Assembly: GCF_009914755.1 (NCBI RefSeq)
Contig: NC_060936.1
Length of the DNA stretch: 64,000 nt
DNA from: the human T2T-CHM13v2.0 reference genome, Homo sapiens
Direction: 5' to 3' (one strand)
Each line of letters begins with the position of its first letter. Positions within the stretch are counted from its first letter, which is position 1. Of the stretch, positions 1 to 20,361 are shown piece by piece. The notes under the pieces are model-generated. The model ran no database searches and was not told the origin of the DNA. It worked only from the letters and a program-made list of their open reading frames with translations. A program made the position numbers and the translations under genes.

Positions 1-62
1 TTCTACTTAAGCCGGGTTTAAAAACACGTCCACAAAAGGATATTTTCTTATAAAACCAGAGT

Positions 63-1030
<968 letters not shown>

Positions 1031-1567
1031 TACGTACATGAATTTAAATATAAAAATCAAATGTAAATACATGTATATGTCGCACTGTAACAACTTATTG
1101 CTTCTTTTCAAGCAGTACCAAAAAGATACTGGTAAAAGTGGGATTCACAAAGTAGTGAGACCCTTTAAAAAGCAGGAGAGCGGCAGCGGACTGGTTTAGG
1201 TGAACACTGGTTAAATTTTCTTGTTTTTTAACGAGAGGTAAGAGCTGCTTATCCAGTTAACACTAGACCAATTGACTCCACCTGTGCCTCACTTTCTCCC
1301 ACGTGGCCAGGGGAGAGTGGAGGGTAAGTCAGTGGCCGCTGACTGCCTGCTAAGCTTCAAGAAGGCAGTTTAGACTGAGCAATGAAAGAAAAATTGCGGG
1401 CGCAAAATAGAAACGGCATTTAAACAGAAGAAGCATTTGTTAGAATGAGTGGATCTTCTCAGATACTTTATCTCCTTGGGCCTGGGGGCCATCATGATCA
1501 GGTATCTGGTTATCTCCAGCTTTTTGGGGCTTGGGCGTTTCCAAAGTCCAGTTAAAGGTAAACATGA

Positions 1568-3572
<2,005 letters not shown>

Positions 3573-3631
3573 TAATCAGTCATTAGGTGTGAATCATTCC
3601 TAAATGTCCCATCTGATGTATTATACCCTGA

Positions 3632-4182
<551 letters not shown>

Positions 4183-4890
4183 TAAATAAAGTGGGATGAG
4201 AGTTTCTTTTGCAGTTCTGAGACCAAACTACAGAAATCATTCTTTGCAACTAAAATGAGACTATTTGCATTGCAACTAAAATGTATCTGTTCACTAAATT
4301 AATTGGATTTCTGAACCAGATGATCTTGGATTTATGGGACAACTATGGGGTAGAAGTAAGTGCTCTTTAGCCTATTTTGCTTCAAGCTGAGACACCCCTT
4401 TTGAGGTCATCTTAGTCATACTGAGTGAGTAGGTAGCTGACTTCTACATGTAACTAATTGATCAGAGTCATTTTTTAAAAATCTGGGATGGTTCCTTCAT
4501 GTCAATACAGAAAGTTCAGAGAACAAGAAGCCAGTGTCACACTGACAAGAAACAGCCAATACTGGAAACTTCCAGTACTGCTGAAAGTGGAGTCGGGAGC
4601 TTCCTTATGAAGTGTGCTGTTTGGATCACTTTAATTAAGAGCCTGGCAATCAGATGACTCTTTGCTCCTTAGGCATGTGGGCAGCTTGTAAGTAATTAAC
4701 CAGAGATCAAGCATGATGGTCTGGGCAGAGTAACTTGTCAAGAAAATCACATTGTATTAAGCCCAGCCATGACTGCTCCATTCTAAAATAGAATAGCCTC
4801 ATCATTCATGGCTTCATACTTTCTCAGATGTTTACGTAGTCTTCCCAGCAAAACTGGACTGATGTTTCCGATGCTTAAAAACTAAGCTTT

Positions 4891-5195
<305 letters not shown>

Positions 5196-6425
5196 CTAAG
5201 CTTTAGTTATAAGCACTGACTTGGAAAATCAGGGACCTGCCTTTAGGACAAATAAACCTAGTAGCTATTTAGGGTTCTGGAACGTGAGGTTTATTGCCTA
5301 CCAAAACAATTGCATTTGTCCTTGTCATTACTGTGCTCACAGGAGGCTTAACTGGTGTAATTGGTAGGCGAGAGTCTGCCCTGTGCATTGATCTCATGTA
5401 GTTGATGGACCCACAGGCTATAAGGGAGCTGAGTAGAGAATGTTCACAAATCTGAGGCCCATCACTTGGAGAAGCAAGAGTTTACAACAGAATACTTTAT
5501 TTGGAAGGTCAAAATCATTCCTTCGTAAAGTAGCAGTTTGCTAACCAAAATAGCCCAGTTAGGTGGAGGAAATCCCCAACAACCTGAGGTCTCATGGAAT
5601 TGTGGTTGTGTCACTTTACCCAAAATAAATGGGCTTCTTGGTACCTAGTGTCATATATTGGCTTACTGGGCCAATACTGTGCTTACTGTGCCAAGCACTA
5701 TGCTGAGTACTTACTTAATTCTCAACCTAAGGTGATTACTATTCTCACTTAATCAGTGGAAGAACTGAGAAATGAATGTGGTCATACAGTAAGGAACTGG
5801 TACAGCCGGATCCTGACACAGCCTGACTCCAGTACCAGGGTGTTAGAACTTTGGCTATTCTGTTGTTCCACCTCAGAAAGCAGCTGCCAAATCTTTACAA
5901 GACATCCACTGTACCAGGCTGGTGGTCCTGGGCCTGCCCCTTAGGACCTCTCCAACTAAGAAACTGCCCTGTTCTGTGGCCACAGCAAGAGAACCAGAGG
6001 CTGCCTTCCCAGTTACCAAAACTTGAGCCCTGTATGCAAGCCCAGGCCTTGTGATTCCTCTGCCTAAGGCAATAGTTCATCTTAAAATAGTCTTAGCAAA
6101 GGTTTTTCTGCTCAAGGACTTGATTGTGAAAAGTTGTTCTGAATCACTTAGCACTTAAAAGCTTTTTTTTTTTTTTGGAGACAGGGTCTGCTCTGTCATC
6201 CAGGCTGGAGTGCAGTGGCCTGATCATCAGTCTTGAACCCCTGGGCTCAAATGCAAATGGTCCTCCCACCTTGGACCCCCAAAGTGTTGATTACAGGCGT
6301 GAGCCACTGCGCCTGGCCCAGAAGAGTTTTAAAATTGCAATTGGAGTAGCCATAGATTTATAGAAGTCCTCTGTAGGTTTCACCAAATGTGAACACTAAA
6401 TGAAACTTTCGCAACACTAAAATGA

Positions 6426-7418
<993 letters not shown>

Positions 7419-7499
7419 CCTGTGTGCTGTACTTTTACACTCCTTTGTCTTGGAACTGTCTTATTTTTGTTCTGTAAATGTCTATTGCCGTAAATTGTT

Positions 7500-7505
7500 A
7501 ATAAA
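7500..7505 (+). terminator. TUBA1C: Proximal poly(A) signal AATAAA of TUBA1C
   Basis: AATAAA about 80 nt after the stop, in U-rich context. Confidence 0.85.
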
Positions 7506-7594
7506 ATTGATGTTTCCATTTTAAATGTCGAGCTGACTTAAATACTTGATCCAGTTAAAGTTGGATGTATGAGGCTGGTAGATGAAACCACCTG

Positions 7595-8474
7595 AGTCGA
7601 GGGTCTTGCTCTGTCACCCAGGCTGGAGTGCAGTGGCATGATAATACATAGCTCATTGCAGCCTCGAGCTCCTGGACTCATGTGATTCTCCTGCTTCAGC
7701 CTCCTAAGTAGCTGGGGACTGCAGGTGCACACCACCATGCCCAGCTATTTTTATTTCTTGTAGAGATGGGGCCTTGCTATGCTGCCCAGGGTGGTCTTCA
7801 ACTGGCTTCAAGTGATCCTCCTGCCTCAACCTCTCAAAGTTTTGATTATAGGCATGAGCCACTGCCCAGCTTCTTGGTTTATCTGTTTAATTTGGGCCTG
7901 AATTAAGTGGTTATAGAATCATTTTGTAAGTGAGGAAACGGGTTCAGATTGAGCCAGTGCTTCTCTAACTAAAATGGATGTGAATCACCTGTAGATATTA
8001 AAATGCAGGTTTGGGGTCAACCTGGTGGCTCATGCACTTCGGGAGGCCAAGTTGGGTGGATCACGAGCCCAGGAATTCGAGACCAGCCTGGGCAACATGG
8101 TGAAAACCCATCTCTACCAAAACAAAAATTTGCATGCTGTGATGGCACCTGCCTATAGGTGGGAGGACCACCTGAGCCCAAGGAGGTTGAGGTAGTGAGC
8201 CATGATTGCACCACTGCATTCCAGCCTGGGTGACGGAGACCCCTGACTCTCAAATTTAAAAACAAAATGCAGGTTCTAATTCTATAGGCTTGAGGTGAGG
8301 CTTCAGACACGTCTTAAATTTTTTTTCTTTGAGATGGTCTCTTTCCCAGGCTGCAGTGCAATGGCACCATCATAGCTCACCCCCACCTTGACCTGGGCTA
8401 AGCCATCCTCCCACCTCAGCCTCCCAAGTAGCCAGGACTACAGGTGTGTTCCACCATGCCTGGCTGATTCTTGT

Positions 8475-8505
<31 letters not shown>

Positions 8506-8700
8506 GGTAGAGATGGGGTTTTGCCATGTTGCTTAGGCTGGCCTTGAACTCCTGGGCTCAGGCAATCCTGCCTCAGCCTCCCAAAGTGCTGGGATTACAG
8601 GAGTGAGCCACTACACCTGGCCCCTAGATACGTTTTTTAATAACCTCCCAAATGATGCTGTTGGTCTGATGTGACCACATGTACAGTAGCAAAGGGTTAG
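7595..8700. mobile_element. Alu(-) about 7595-7870, Alu(+) about 8017-8262, Alu(-) about 8318-8622, the last two interrupting a MER5-like DNA transposon relic
   Basis: Alu matches; AAAATGCAGGTT duplicated around the sense Alu; MER5-like flanks. Confidence 0.8.
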
Positions 8701-8770
8701 ATAACAGTAACTGCTGGAGCCAAAATTCAAGTGCCCAGCCACACTGCCAGAACTATTGCTGTCAGTCTTT

Positions 8771-8776
8771 AATAAA
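8771..8776 (+). terminator. TUBA1C: Candidate distal poly(A) signal AATAAA of TUBA1C (long 3'UTR)
   Basis: AATAAA in unique sequence just beyond the Alu/MER5 block downstream of the gene. Confidence 0.55.
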
Positions 8777-9534
8777 GTATTAGTCACACGAGAAGGGCTT
8801 GGAATCCTGATTTATTCCATACTTAGCTAAGACCTACAGTGGCAAAGATGGTTCGTACTAAAGGGGTTATTGTTTAGAGAAAGTGGAAATGTCAGACAAA
8901 ATAACAGTCACCGGTTTTTCTGGTATTGGCATTTGACCCAATTGTATGTCATGGAGATTATTTGAAGTAGGAGTAATATGTATGTGTAGGAAAGATTGGA
9001 GAGGGGTGAGTTCTCTGATTTGGACTTTTTTCCAAGCACCTGTTGGAGGACCGTGGTTCTTGGGGGCAGACGGGTGAAGGGGCATGAGTGTTATACGTAG
9101 CTGGAGAGCTTGGTGCCTGGTACTCAGTTGAACTAAGCAATGGGAAAGGACAATGACCAAAAGGTGAAGCTTCATGCAGAAGGGAGGAATCAGTTTTGGT
9201 GCTTGGGTGCTTGCCTGAGTGGGAATGCCTAATGAGTGGTAGCAGATGGGCCCTGGGGGCAGAGTTGCAGGCATACTCACCTCTCCTCCGTGACTTACTT
9301 TATTCTGATGTGTACCCAGTTACCATCTCTTTCCCAAAGGTGTTTTGTATCCCTTACCCATTGCTCACTTTAGCCCCTTTGCTCTGAGAATTGCATCTGA
9401 AAGATGTGCATGTTTAAGGCCAGCGCTGGGGTTCACAGCTGCAGTCCCAGCACTCTGGGAGGCCAAGGTGAGAGGATTGCTTAAACCCAAGAGTCTGAGA
9501 CCAGTGCCTGGGCAAGAGGGTGAGACCCTGTCTA

Positions 9535-9850
<316 letters not shown>

Positions 9851-12702
9851 TCAAATTTTTTTAAATGTATATATTATACCTGCGTGCATAGCACAGCATG
9901 CTTTTGCAGCCTGAGATGCCTCAACTATGTGCTCTGGATGGTTTTATATAGCATTTGTCGAGAGCAACCATAGTTTTATGTCCTTCGGGGCAAGGTAAGA
10001 CCCCAGCACAAATTCAGCCACTGCTACTTCTCAGATGAGCCAGGTTCTTCCTGCAGCCTGGGCAGGGGAGCGGGGTGGGATGCCTGAAATGAAGGTGAAC
10101 CTTGAAGACGCTGGCTAGCCTGCCAGAGGGGATTTTGAGACCTTCCCAGGCCAGGAGATCTGCTGATTGCCATAGTGCAAGCACTGGAGGAAATGGGAAT
10201 GGGACACCCGTGTATGAAAAGGAGCAGATAAATCACAAAGCTTAGGCGAGTGTGACACCCCATGACACCAGCATTTCCCAAGCAGGGTGCCCTGAGAATA
10301 GGATTCAGGGTGCCCATATAGGATCCCTTCGGCTTTTAGAATGACATGGTGGAAACTGGAGAGCCTGACTCACCCATCCTCCCTGGGGCCAGTCACCCTG
10401 GCCAGGAGTAGCCCCCTCCATTTACCTCTGTACACCTTACAGATGAATTATTTTCTACATGTGCCAAGATGTGAAAAAGGTTGGAAAGCTTTAAGCAGCC
10501 ACAGAGGTCTGGGGTGAAAGAAGGTGAGAGAAAAGTTTAGCTGAGAAGAAATATTCCAGTAGAATAAAGCCTGGGGAATTGGAAGAGCAAAGTGCCAGTG
10601 GTTGGGGGGGCATTTGTCCTTGTAAAGATGATTTCCCCCTCCTGCGTTGGAGGGAGAGTGAATAGAAGTTAGCCTGCAGCAAGAACAAATATACCCCAAG
10701 GTCTAGGTCACTGCTTTGTGGCTGACAATCATCTGATCTGCCCTTGAGCACGAATGGAAAGTCTGGACCCAGAGCTGCGACTGATGCTGATGCTGAGGCC
10801 GCTGAAGCTTGATGGGAATAAATGCACACAGCCTAAGAGGATTCGGGCTCCTGAGGCTGGCGGCAGCCCCAGGTCCGGCTGTGTGGACAGAGGGCTTAGT
10901 CTGCCCTCACCTAACCTGGCCAGAGGAGCAACCTGCTTCCCCCCACAGAGGCCGCTGACCACTGAGAGGTTAGCATGTCTGGGCAGAGGTGTTTTGGGCA
11001 GGGATGAGAAGGGGGATAATGACTTTGAGGGGCTAAGGGCCTGCCTGTCCACCTGTCATTCTGTGTTTGGGAAGCAGCTGGCAAGTGACTCTTCTCCAGC
11101 AGGAATCTGTCAGGCCAGAGGATGGCCAAGTGGGTTATGCAATTACAAATCAGTCTTCAGGCCTCTGCTGGAAGGTGGTGTGGCAGTCCTGGGTGAGGCT
11201 GAAGGAGGTCAGGGGAGGCGCTGTCAGGGTGGGAGGAAAAGGTGCCTTCACAGTTTCCACAGTACCCTGGGAGGTGATGTTATTATACCCACTTCCATAG
11301 CTCACAGAGATTGAATATCTAGCCTAAGGCTACAGAATGAGTGGCAGAACTGAAATTTTACCGCAGAGCTCTGGCTCTAAAGCCTAGGCTGACTCCACTC
11401 TGTCGTCCAGCCATCGAGGAGCTCCAGAGGAAATCGGCTCTGCACCTGGCAGCCTTTCCAGTCCTGGGGGGATAGTGCCACCTCCCAGGACCCTTGGGGC
11501 ATGAGGTCAACAAGGGCCAGCCCTCACATGAGCACTGGATGGAGCTGTAGTCACAGAGAGATCTCATTATGCCAGTGATTGTCAGAAAACCTCCCAAGAG
11601 CCCCGTTCCTGGGCCCAGGTGGCAGCCCATTGACCTTAAATAGCAAAGCCAGCTGGTCCCCATGTCCAGGCTGTAGCTTCCCTAGTGAGGGGGCATTTTT
11701 GTCCAGGCCTCCCTCTGAACTCAGTTCTCAGGTCACGGGGAGATACAGTGCCCTTGCAGGATGGCTGCTGCCACCTGCCTGGTCTCCTGCCAACAGGGAC
11801 ACCAGCTGAGGCACAGGCAGGACAGTGTACACCTGGAGCCTCGCTCCTCTATGCTCCAGGGCCAGAGTGGTCAGTGCCCGTCAGCTGAGGCGGCAAGGTG
11901 AAGCTGGCAGAGATGACCCAGGCAGATGGCTCCAGGAGCCCAATGCCAGGGCGACTATCTAGGAGACACAAGGCAGCAGAAGCTGAAGAGAAAATAGACC
12001 CTTGGGTGTGGGGGCTGTGGAGCAGGAGTGGGCCCTCGCCCCGTGAAATAGGTCCCCTTTGCTGACATCTCATTAGCCTGTCACTGCCCCTTTCATGCCA
12101 AGAACCTAGTGCCCCTGAATTTGTCATTGTCAGCCCCAAGCAGGTTTTGGGAAAACAGTTCTTTCCTCCTCTACACTCCCTCCGAGTCTACAGCAGGAGA
12201 GCAATAGTCAGAATCAATGAACCTTCCAGAACTAGAGACATGTCTGCTTTAGTCATAATACAAAAAATGCTTTTAAACAGTCGTCTCCCTACTGGACTTT
12301 TTTTTCTCTCTCTCTCTTATTTATTTATTTATTTATTATTTTTGAGACAGTCTGTCTCTGTCGCCAGGCTGGAGTGCAGTGGTGTGATCTCAGCTCACTG
12401 CAACCTCCGCCTCCCGGGTTGAAGTGATTCTCCTGCCTCAGGCTCCCAAGTAGCTGGGACTACAGGCATGTACTACCACGCCCAGCTAATTTTTGTAGTT
12501 TTGGTAGAGACAGGGTTTCATCATGTTGGCCATCTCCTGACCTTGTGATCCGCCCGCCTTGGCCTCCCAAAGTGTTGGGATTACAGGCGTGAGCCACCGC
12601 GCCTGGCCTTTTTTTTTTTTAATTGGAACAGACTATAAAGGTTTTACAGAATATAAAGATTTCCTAATTACACAAAGATTTTGTCTACAGAAATTAGTTT
12701 AA

Positions 12703-13081
<379 letters not shown>

Positions 13082-13155
13082 ACACTTCTCTATTTTTATC
13101 AAATATCTCATTTGGCTTCCAAGAGATGTCTAGTCCAAGAGTAAACAAATACTGA

Positions 13156-13607
<452 letters not shown>

Positions 13608-13949
13608 TTACTATGTTGCCCAGGCTGGCCTTGAACTCCTGGGCTCAAACACTCCTCCCACTTCAGCCTCCTGTGTAGCTGAGACAACAGCACACCGCAC
13701 TGGGCTTCATTTTCAACTTTCAAGTTTTATTCGTTCATTATTTTTGCAACACCTGTTTGGTGCAAGTCACTGTGCTGGGTACTATAGGAAATATATTTAG
13801 CTTTTTGCTTCTCAGATTGTAGAGACAGACCACACATGCATAATCCCAATTCGAGGCAGCATATGCCACATGTCACAGAAGAGGCTGTCACAGGCAGTAG
13901 CCACTGTTGCATAGCTACTTCAAAGCCATTCCCAGCTTGTTCCACCTGC

Positions 13950-14526
13950 CAACACAACGCAGCTCTGTCCTGGTGTGGGACACCCATGTGCATTGGAGGG
14001 GCTGGGCTTCACTACCAGGGTGAACCTTCCCCTAAGCCAATCAAGGTAATTCCAGTTGTTTCGCCAGGGCCTGGTTAAGGAACCAGCATGTGATGTAATT
14101 ATGGAAATGAGAGGTGAGGTAATGTCTGCCGGTTGGGGGTTGGAAGGAAGATATTCTTGCAAAAATTTCCTTGCTCTTAAAAAAGAACTCAGGGAAAGGA
14201 TTTTCCTCTTGCAGCCCTGGGCATTACTGCGTGAGCACATTGTGCTTGTGCTTGTGCTTGTGCCTGGTGCTTGAGGTTGCTGCAGCCGTCTTGTGACCAG
14301 AATGGGACAAACACGAGGACAAAAGCTACCGCTCAATAGCAAGGCAACACAGAAAGCTGAAAAGAGCATGGGCCCCGATAGAGTGTTGAGCCCCTGAATT
14401 AACCAACCTTGACACCAAACCTTGCTCTGCCTCCGAAGTTTTTACAAGATTTTTAGTCCCCTTATTGTTTAGGACATTTTGATTTGGGTCTTCTATTTTT
14501 TCCTGCCAAAAGCATTCTAACTAACA
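13950..14526 (+). mobile_element. Old ERVL/MaLR-class solo LTR (LTR16/LTR33-like)
   Basis: 3' end ...CCTTATTGTTTA...GCCAAAAGCATTCTAACTAACA resembles this LTR class; left boundary approximate. Confidence 0.45.
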
Positions 14527-14885
14527 TTAAAGCCTTATGTAATTGTTAATAGATTTTTTTTTCCTTATTTTCTGCCGGGCGTGGTGGCTCATGTCTGTGA
14601 TCCCAGCACTTTCAGAGGCTGAGATGGGTAGACCACTTGAGGTCAGGAGTTCGAGACCAGCCTGGGCAGCATAGCAAAACCCTGTCTCTACAAAAATAAA
14701 ATAAAATAAAGTAGAAGAAGCTGGGCATAGTGGTGTGTGCCTGTGGTCCCAGCTACTCCGGGGGCTGAGGTGAAAGGGTTTGAGCTGAGCCCAGGAGGCA
14801 GTGAGCTGTGACCGCACCATTGCACTCCAGTCTGGGCGACAGAGCAAGACCCTGTCTCCAAAAAAAAAAAAAGAATTTTTTTCTG

Positions 14886-14960
14886 TATTTTCTTCTTCCT
14901 CCTCCCCTCTTCTTCCTCCTCCTCCTCCTCCTCTTCCTCCTTCTCTTCCTCCTTCTTCTT
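14886..14960. repeat. (CCT/CTT)n polypyrimidine simple repeat
   Basis: Visible directly between Alus. Confidence 0.85.
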
Positions 14961-15910
14961 TTGTAATAGAAACAGGGTTTTGGCAGGGCACGGTGGCTCA
15001 CGCCTGTAATCCCAGCAATTTGGGAGGCCAAGGTGGGCAGATCACTTGAGGTCAGGAGTTTGAGACCAGCCTGGCCAATATGGTGAAGCCCCATCTCTAC
15101 CAGGTGTGGTGGCACACGCCTGTAATCCCAGCTACTCAGGTGGCTGAGGCAGGAGAATCACTTGAACCCAGGAGGTGGAGGTTGCAATGAGTGGAGATTG
15201 CACCATTGCACTCCAGCCTGGGCTACAGAGCAAGACTCTGTCTCAAAAAAAAAAAAAAAAAAAGAAATGGGGTTTCACCGTGTTGCCTAGGCTGGTCTCA
15301 AACTCCTGGACTCAAGAAATTCACATTCCTCAGACTCCCAAAGCGCTGGGATTACAGGTATGAGCCACTGTGCTTGGCCAGAAATTTGTGGTAAAATTAT
15401 TAATAATAAAAATATGAAGGCCCTGCTTTCATTCAGGCCAAAAAATATTAAGGCCCTTTTGAATTTGCAGAACCCCTTTGCCAGTGCAAACCTTGCCTTG
15501 GGCGAGTGAAGATCCTGTCCCCTCTTTCTTTCCTCATATGTTGCCTTCTTCCACCTGCAGTTCCTAGTCCACCAAATGGATCTGCTTTTTCCTTCCAGTC
15601 TTCCCAGGTGCCTTGGCCAAACTCAAACCATAAATAAAAGGAACACAGACACCAGGCATGGTGGCTTCTGCTGTAATACCAACACTTTGTGAGGCTGAGG
15701 AGGAAGGATTGCTTAAGGCTAGGAATTCGAGACCAGCCTGGCAACATAGTGAGACCCTGTCTCTACACAAAATGTAAAAATTACCCTGGTGCTGTGGCAC
15801 GGACCTATAGTCCCAGCTATTCGGGATGATGAGGTAGGAGGATTGATTGAGCCTGGGAGATCAAGGCTACAGTGAGCCGTGTTCATGCCACTGCACTGCA
15901 GCCTAGGTGA

Positions 15911-16313
<403 letters not shown>

Positions 16314-16629
16314 TGAGTGGGGCCTGTGGCCTGATGTGAGGGGGTAGAGAAGAGCAAGAAGGCCCCAACCTGAAGGAATGCCCCCCTCCTAGGTACCTAT
16401 CAAAATGAGCCTGACCCTAGGGCAATGCCACAGCTTCCAGAGCCTCCCATGCTATTTCAGACCAAGGATCTTGTAGACAAGGAGTGGTGCAGGGTGACGC
16501 GGATGAGACCCAGACCAGACTCTGAGGGCTCTGGGATGTGAATGGGGTTAGCTGACTGGTTGCTCCCCGTGTGGAGGCTCTGGGGCCTGTGAGAGGAAAA
16601 AACCCAAGTTCCCATTTCTGGCCCATTGT

Positions 16630-16795
16630 TTTCCTCTATTCTTCCTCCCTCCTCCCCTCTTTCCACCACCCCTCACCTCCATTTCCCTTCTCCTCTCCCC
16701 TCCTCTCTTCCCCCTCCATTTCCCCCTTCCCTCTCTCTCCCATTCAGTTCTCCCGTTTCCTGTCTCCATCTCCTCTGCCACTGCCCTCCCCTCCA
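16630..16795. repeat. CT-rich low-complexity tract
   Basis: Strongly pyrimidine-biased stretch of about 165 nt. Confidence 0.75.
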
Positions 16796-16851
16796 GCCAG
16801 GGGCCAGCACAGATAGCCGTGTACTATAGAAAGAATCCAACTAGAGAGTGA

Positions 16852-17842
<991 letters not shown>

Positions 17843-20361
17843 CTGGCCAAGAGATTGCCCATCAGGTCACTGTGGGTGTGACAGCCACTGGCTCCAGAAG
17901 CTCAGTCCTGGCGGCAGCTGTCAAACCAACACCCACATAGCCTGCAAGCAGAGGGCAGGCGGGGCAGTTTGTAGGGCTTCAGACCCTGTGAATTTTTCTG
18001 TTCAGCTGTCACCCAACCTCTCCCTGCAAGAGGTAGGGTGAGACGGATGGCAGAGTGTCATGACTGAAGAAGAGCCTCCGACGACTGGCCTGATGGGCAC
18101 GGGCCCCTGCCCTGTCGCATGTCAGGCACACACATGTGCTCCAGCCACTGCCTGGGGAAAAGAGCATAACCATGTGCCAGGGTGAGATCTCTCCCCGGCT
18201 CACAGAATTGCAAGTACTGCTCCCCTCTCAGCATCTTCAGCAAGAAACAGGGGGTTGGGGGTGAGGGGCTGTGCCTGGTGATCCCAGTTTTCCTCCTTCT
18301 CATCATCTTCCAGGGTTCCAGGCTGAGGAGCTCAGAGGTTGTGTGGAGGAGGGAGGGGAATAACAGATGGGCCCGCATCAGGGCTGCGCCTCCTCTTGGA
18401 CAGTCCCAGAACTGAGAGTTGGCGGCGGTGAGGAGGATCGCTGCCCTCCTTGGACACCCCGACTGTGATCTACTCTAAAAATCCTCCCTTCACCTGAGGA
18501 GAAGATTGCAGGCATGTTCCACCTCCAGCACGGTCCTGAGATGAGTTGTCCCCATTTCCCCCTGCCCTTTCCTTCCTCAGTAAAGGGATTACTGTTCATT
18601 CCCACCCAGAGGATCTTGGAGCATCCCCCTGAGAAGGAAGAGCTTAGGACTCCTTCCCCGCTCCACAAAGAGCAGTTACAAAATAAAAAATAAATTAAAA
18701 ACACAAACAAAGGCTACTCTGGGCACACTGCCTACGGGGTAGCCTTGCTCCACAGGGGGCAGTTAAAAAAAGCAAAACAACAATAACAACAAAAAACAAA
18801 AAGAACTACTGGGGGCAGTGGTCTGAGACCCACCCCTCTCTTTAATAAATGCCTATTTCATTTTATTTTTACTTTTAAGACAGAGTCTCACTCTGTCACC
18901 CAGGCTGGAGAGCAGTGGCGCGATCATATTTTACCAGTGAGGAAAGCAAGGCCCAGTGACTGGCCCAGACCTGGGACCATATCCTTCCTGGTTTTTGGTT
19001 AGCTGCACTTTCCTTGCAACATGAGACATCTCAAGTGTAAACACCTCTGCCCAGCTTTCCCACCTTCTATAAACCCTACTAGGGTTCTCACACCTTCCTC
19101 AAAAACCTCTTTCTCCCTAGTCCTGCTGGCCTCACTCCCAATAACTTGTCCTTCATCACACCCCCTGGAGTTCAGCCATTCAAGCCCCTGCCATTCCAGG
19201 CAGATTGCCTGAGCCCAGGAGTTCGAGACCAGCTTGGGCAACATGGTGCAACCCCATCTCTACAAAAAATGCAAAAATTAGCTGGGGATGGTGGCATGCA
19301 ACTGTAGTCCCAGCTACTAGGAAGGCTGAGGCGGGAGGATAGCTTCAGCATGGGAGACGGAGGTTGCAGTGGGCTGAGACTACACCACCGCACTCCAGCC
19401 TGGGTGACAGAGTGAGACCCTGTCTCAAAAAAAAAAAAAAGAAAAAGAAAAAGAAAAGAAAAAAATAATAGTCTGATAAATATTCATACACCCTCCACCT
19501 AGATTAGGCAGTCACTAATATTTGCCTTTTTTTTTTTTAATGGAGTTTCGGTCTTGTCACCCAGGCCAGAGTGCAGTGACGTAATGTCAGCTCGCTGCAA
19601 CCTCCGCCTCCTGGGTTCAAGCGAGTCTCCTGCCTTAGCCTCCCAAGTAGCTGGAACTACAGGCACCTGCCACCACACCCAGCTAATTTTTGCATTTTTA
19701 GTAGAGACGGGGTTTCCCCATGTTGGCCAGGCTGGTCTCAAACTCTTGACCTCAGGTGATCTGCCCACCTTGGCCTCCCAAAGTGCTGGGATTACAGGCG
19801 TGAGCCACTGTGCCCAGCTGATATTTGCCATATTTCAGCCGGGCACAGTGGTTAATGCCTGTAATCCCAGCGCTTTGGGAGGCTGAGGCAGGAGGACTGT
19901 TTGAGCCCAGGGGTTTGAGACCAGCCTGGGCAACACAGTGAGACCCAGTATCTATTTTAAATAAATAAATATTTTAAATAAATAAATAAATAGAAAAAAT
20001 AACAAGTAAGATGAAGACAAACTATTTTTTTAAAAAAGGAAAAAAATTAATAGAAGAAAAAATTTTTAAAAATTGCCATTTCTTTCTTTCTCTAGAACAT
20101 ATACCTTTTCTTTGCTAACCCACTAGAAAGAAGGTTGAGGATATCATGACACTCCACTCCTAAATACTTTAGCAGGCAGACATTCCATTACACAACCACA
20201 CTCCGATCTTCACACCTAAAAGAAGAATAATCATTTCATAGCATATAATACCCCAAATTCTCCAATAACCTCTTTAAAAAAAATTTAGGGTCCAATCTAG
20301 CTTTGTACATACATTTGATTGTTTCATCTCTTAGTCTCTTGTTGTCAAAATGATCTCCCAC

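Noticed and set aside
10754-11314. 186-aa ATG ORF
   Set aside because: No recognisable domain or splice context; plausible by chance in GC-rich DNA
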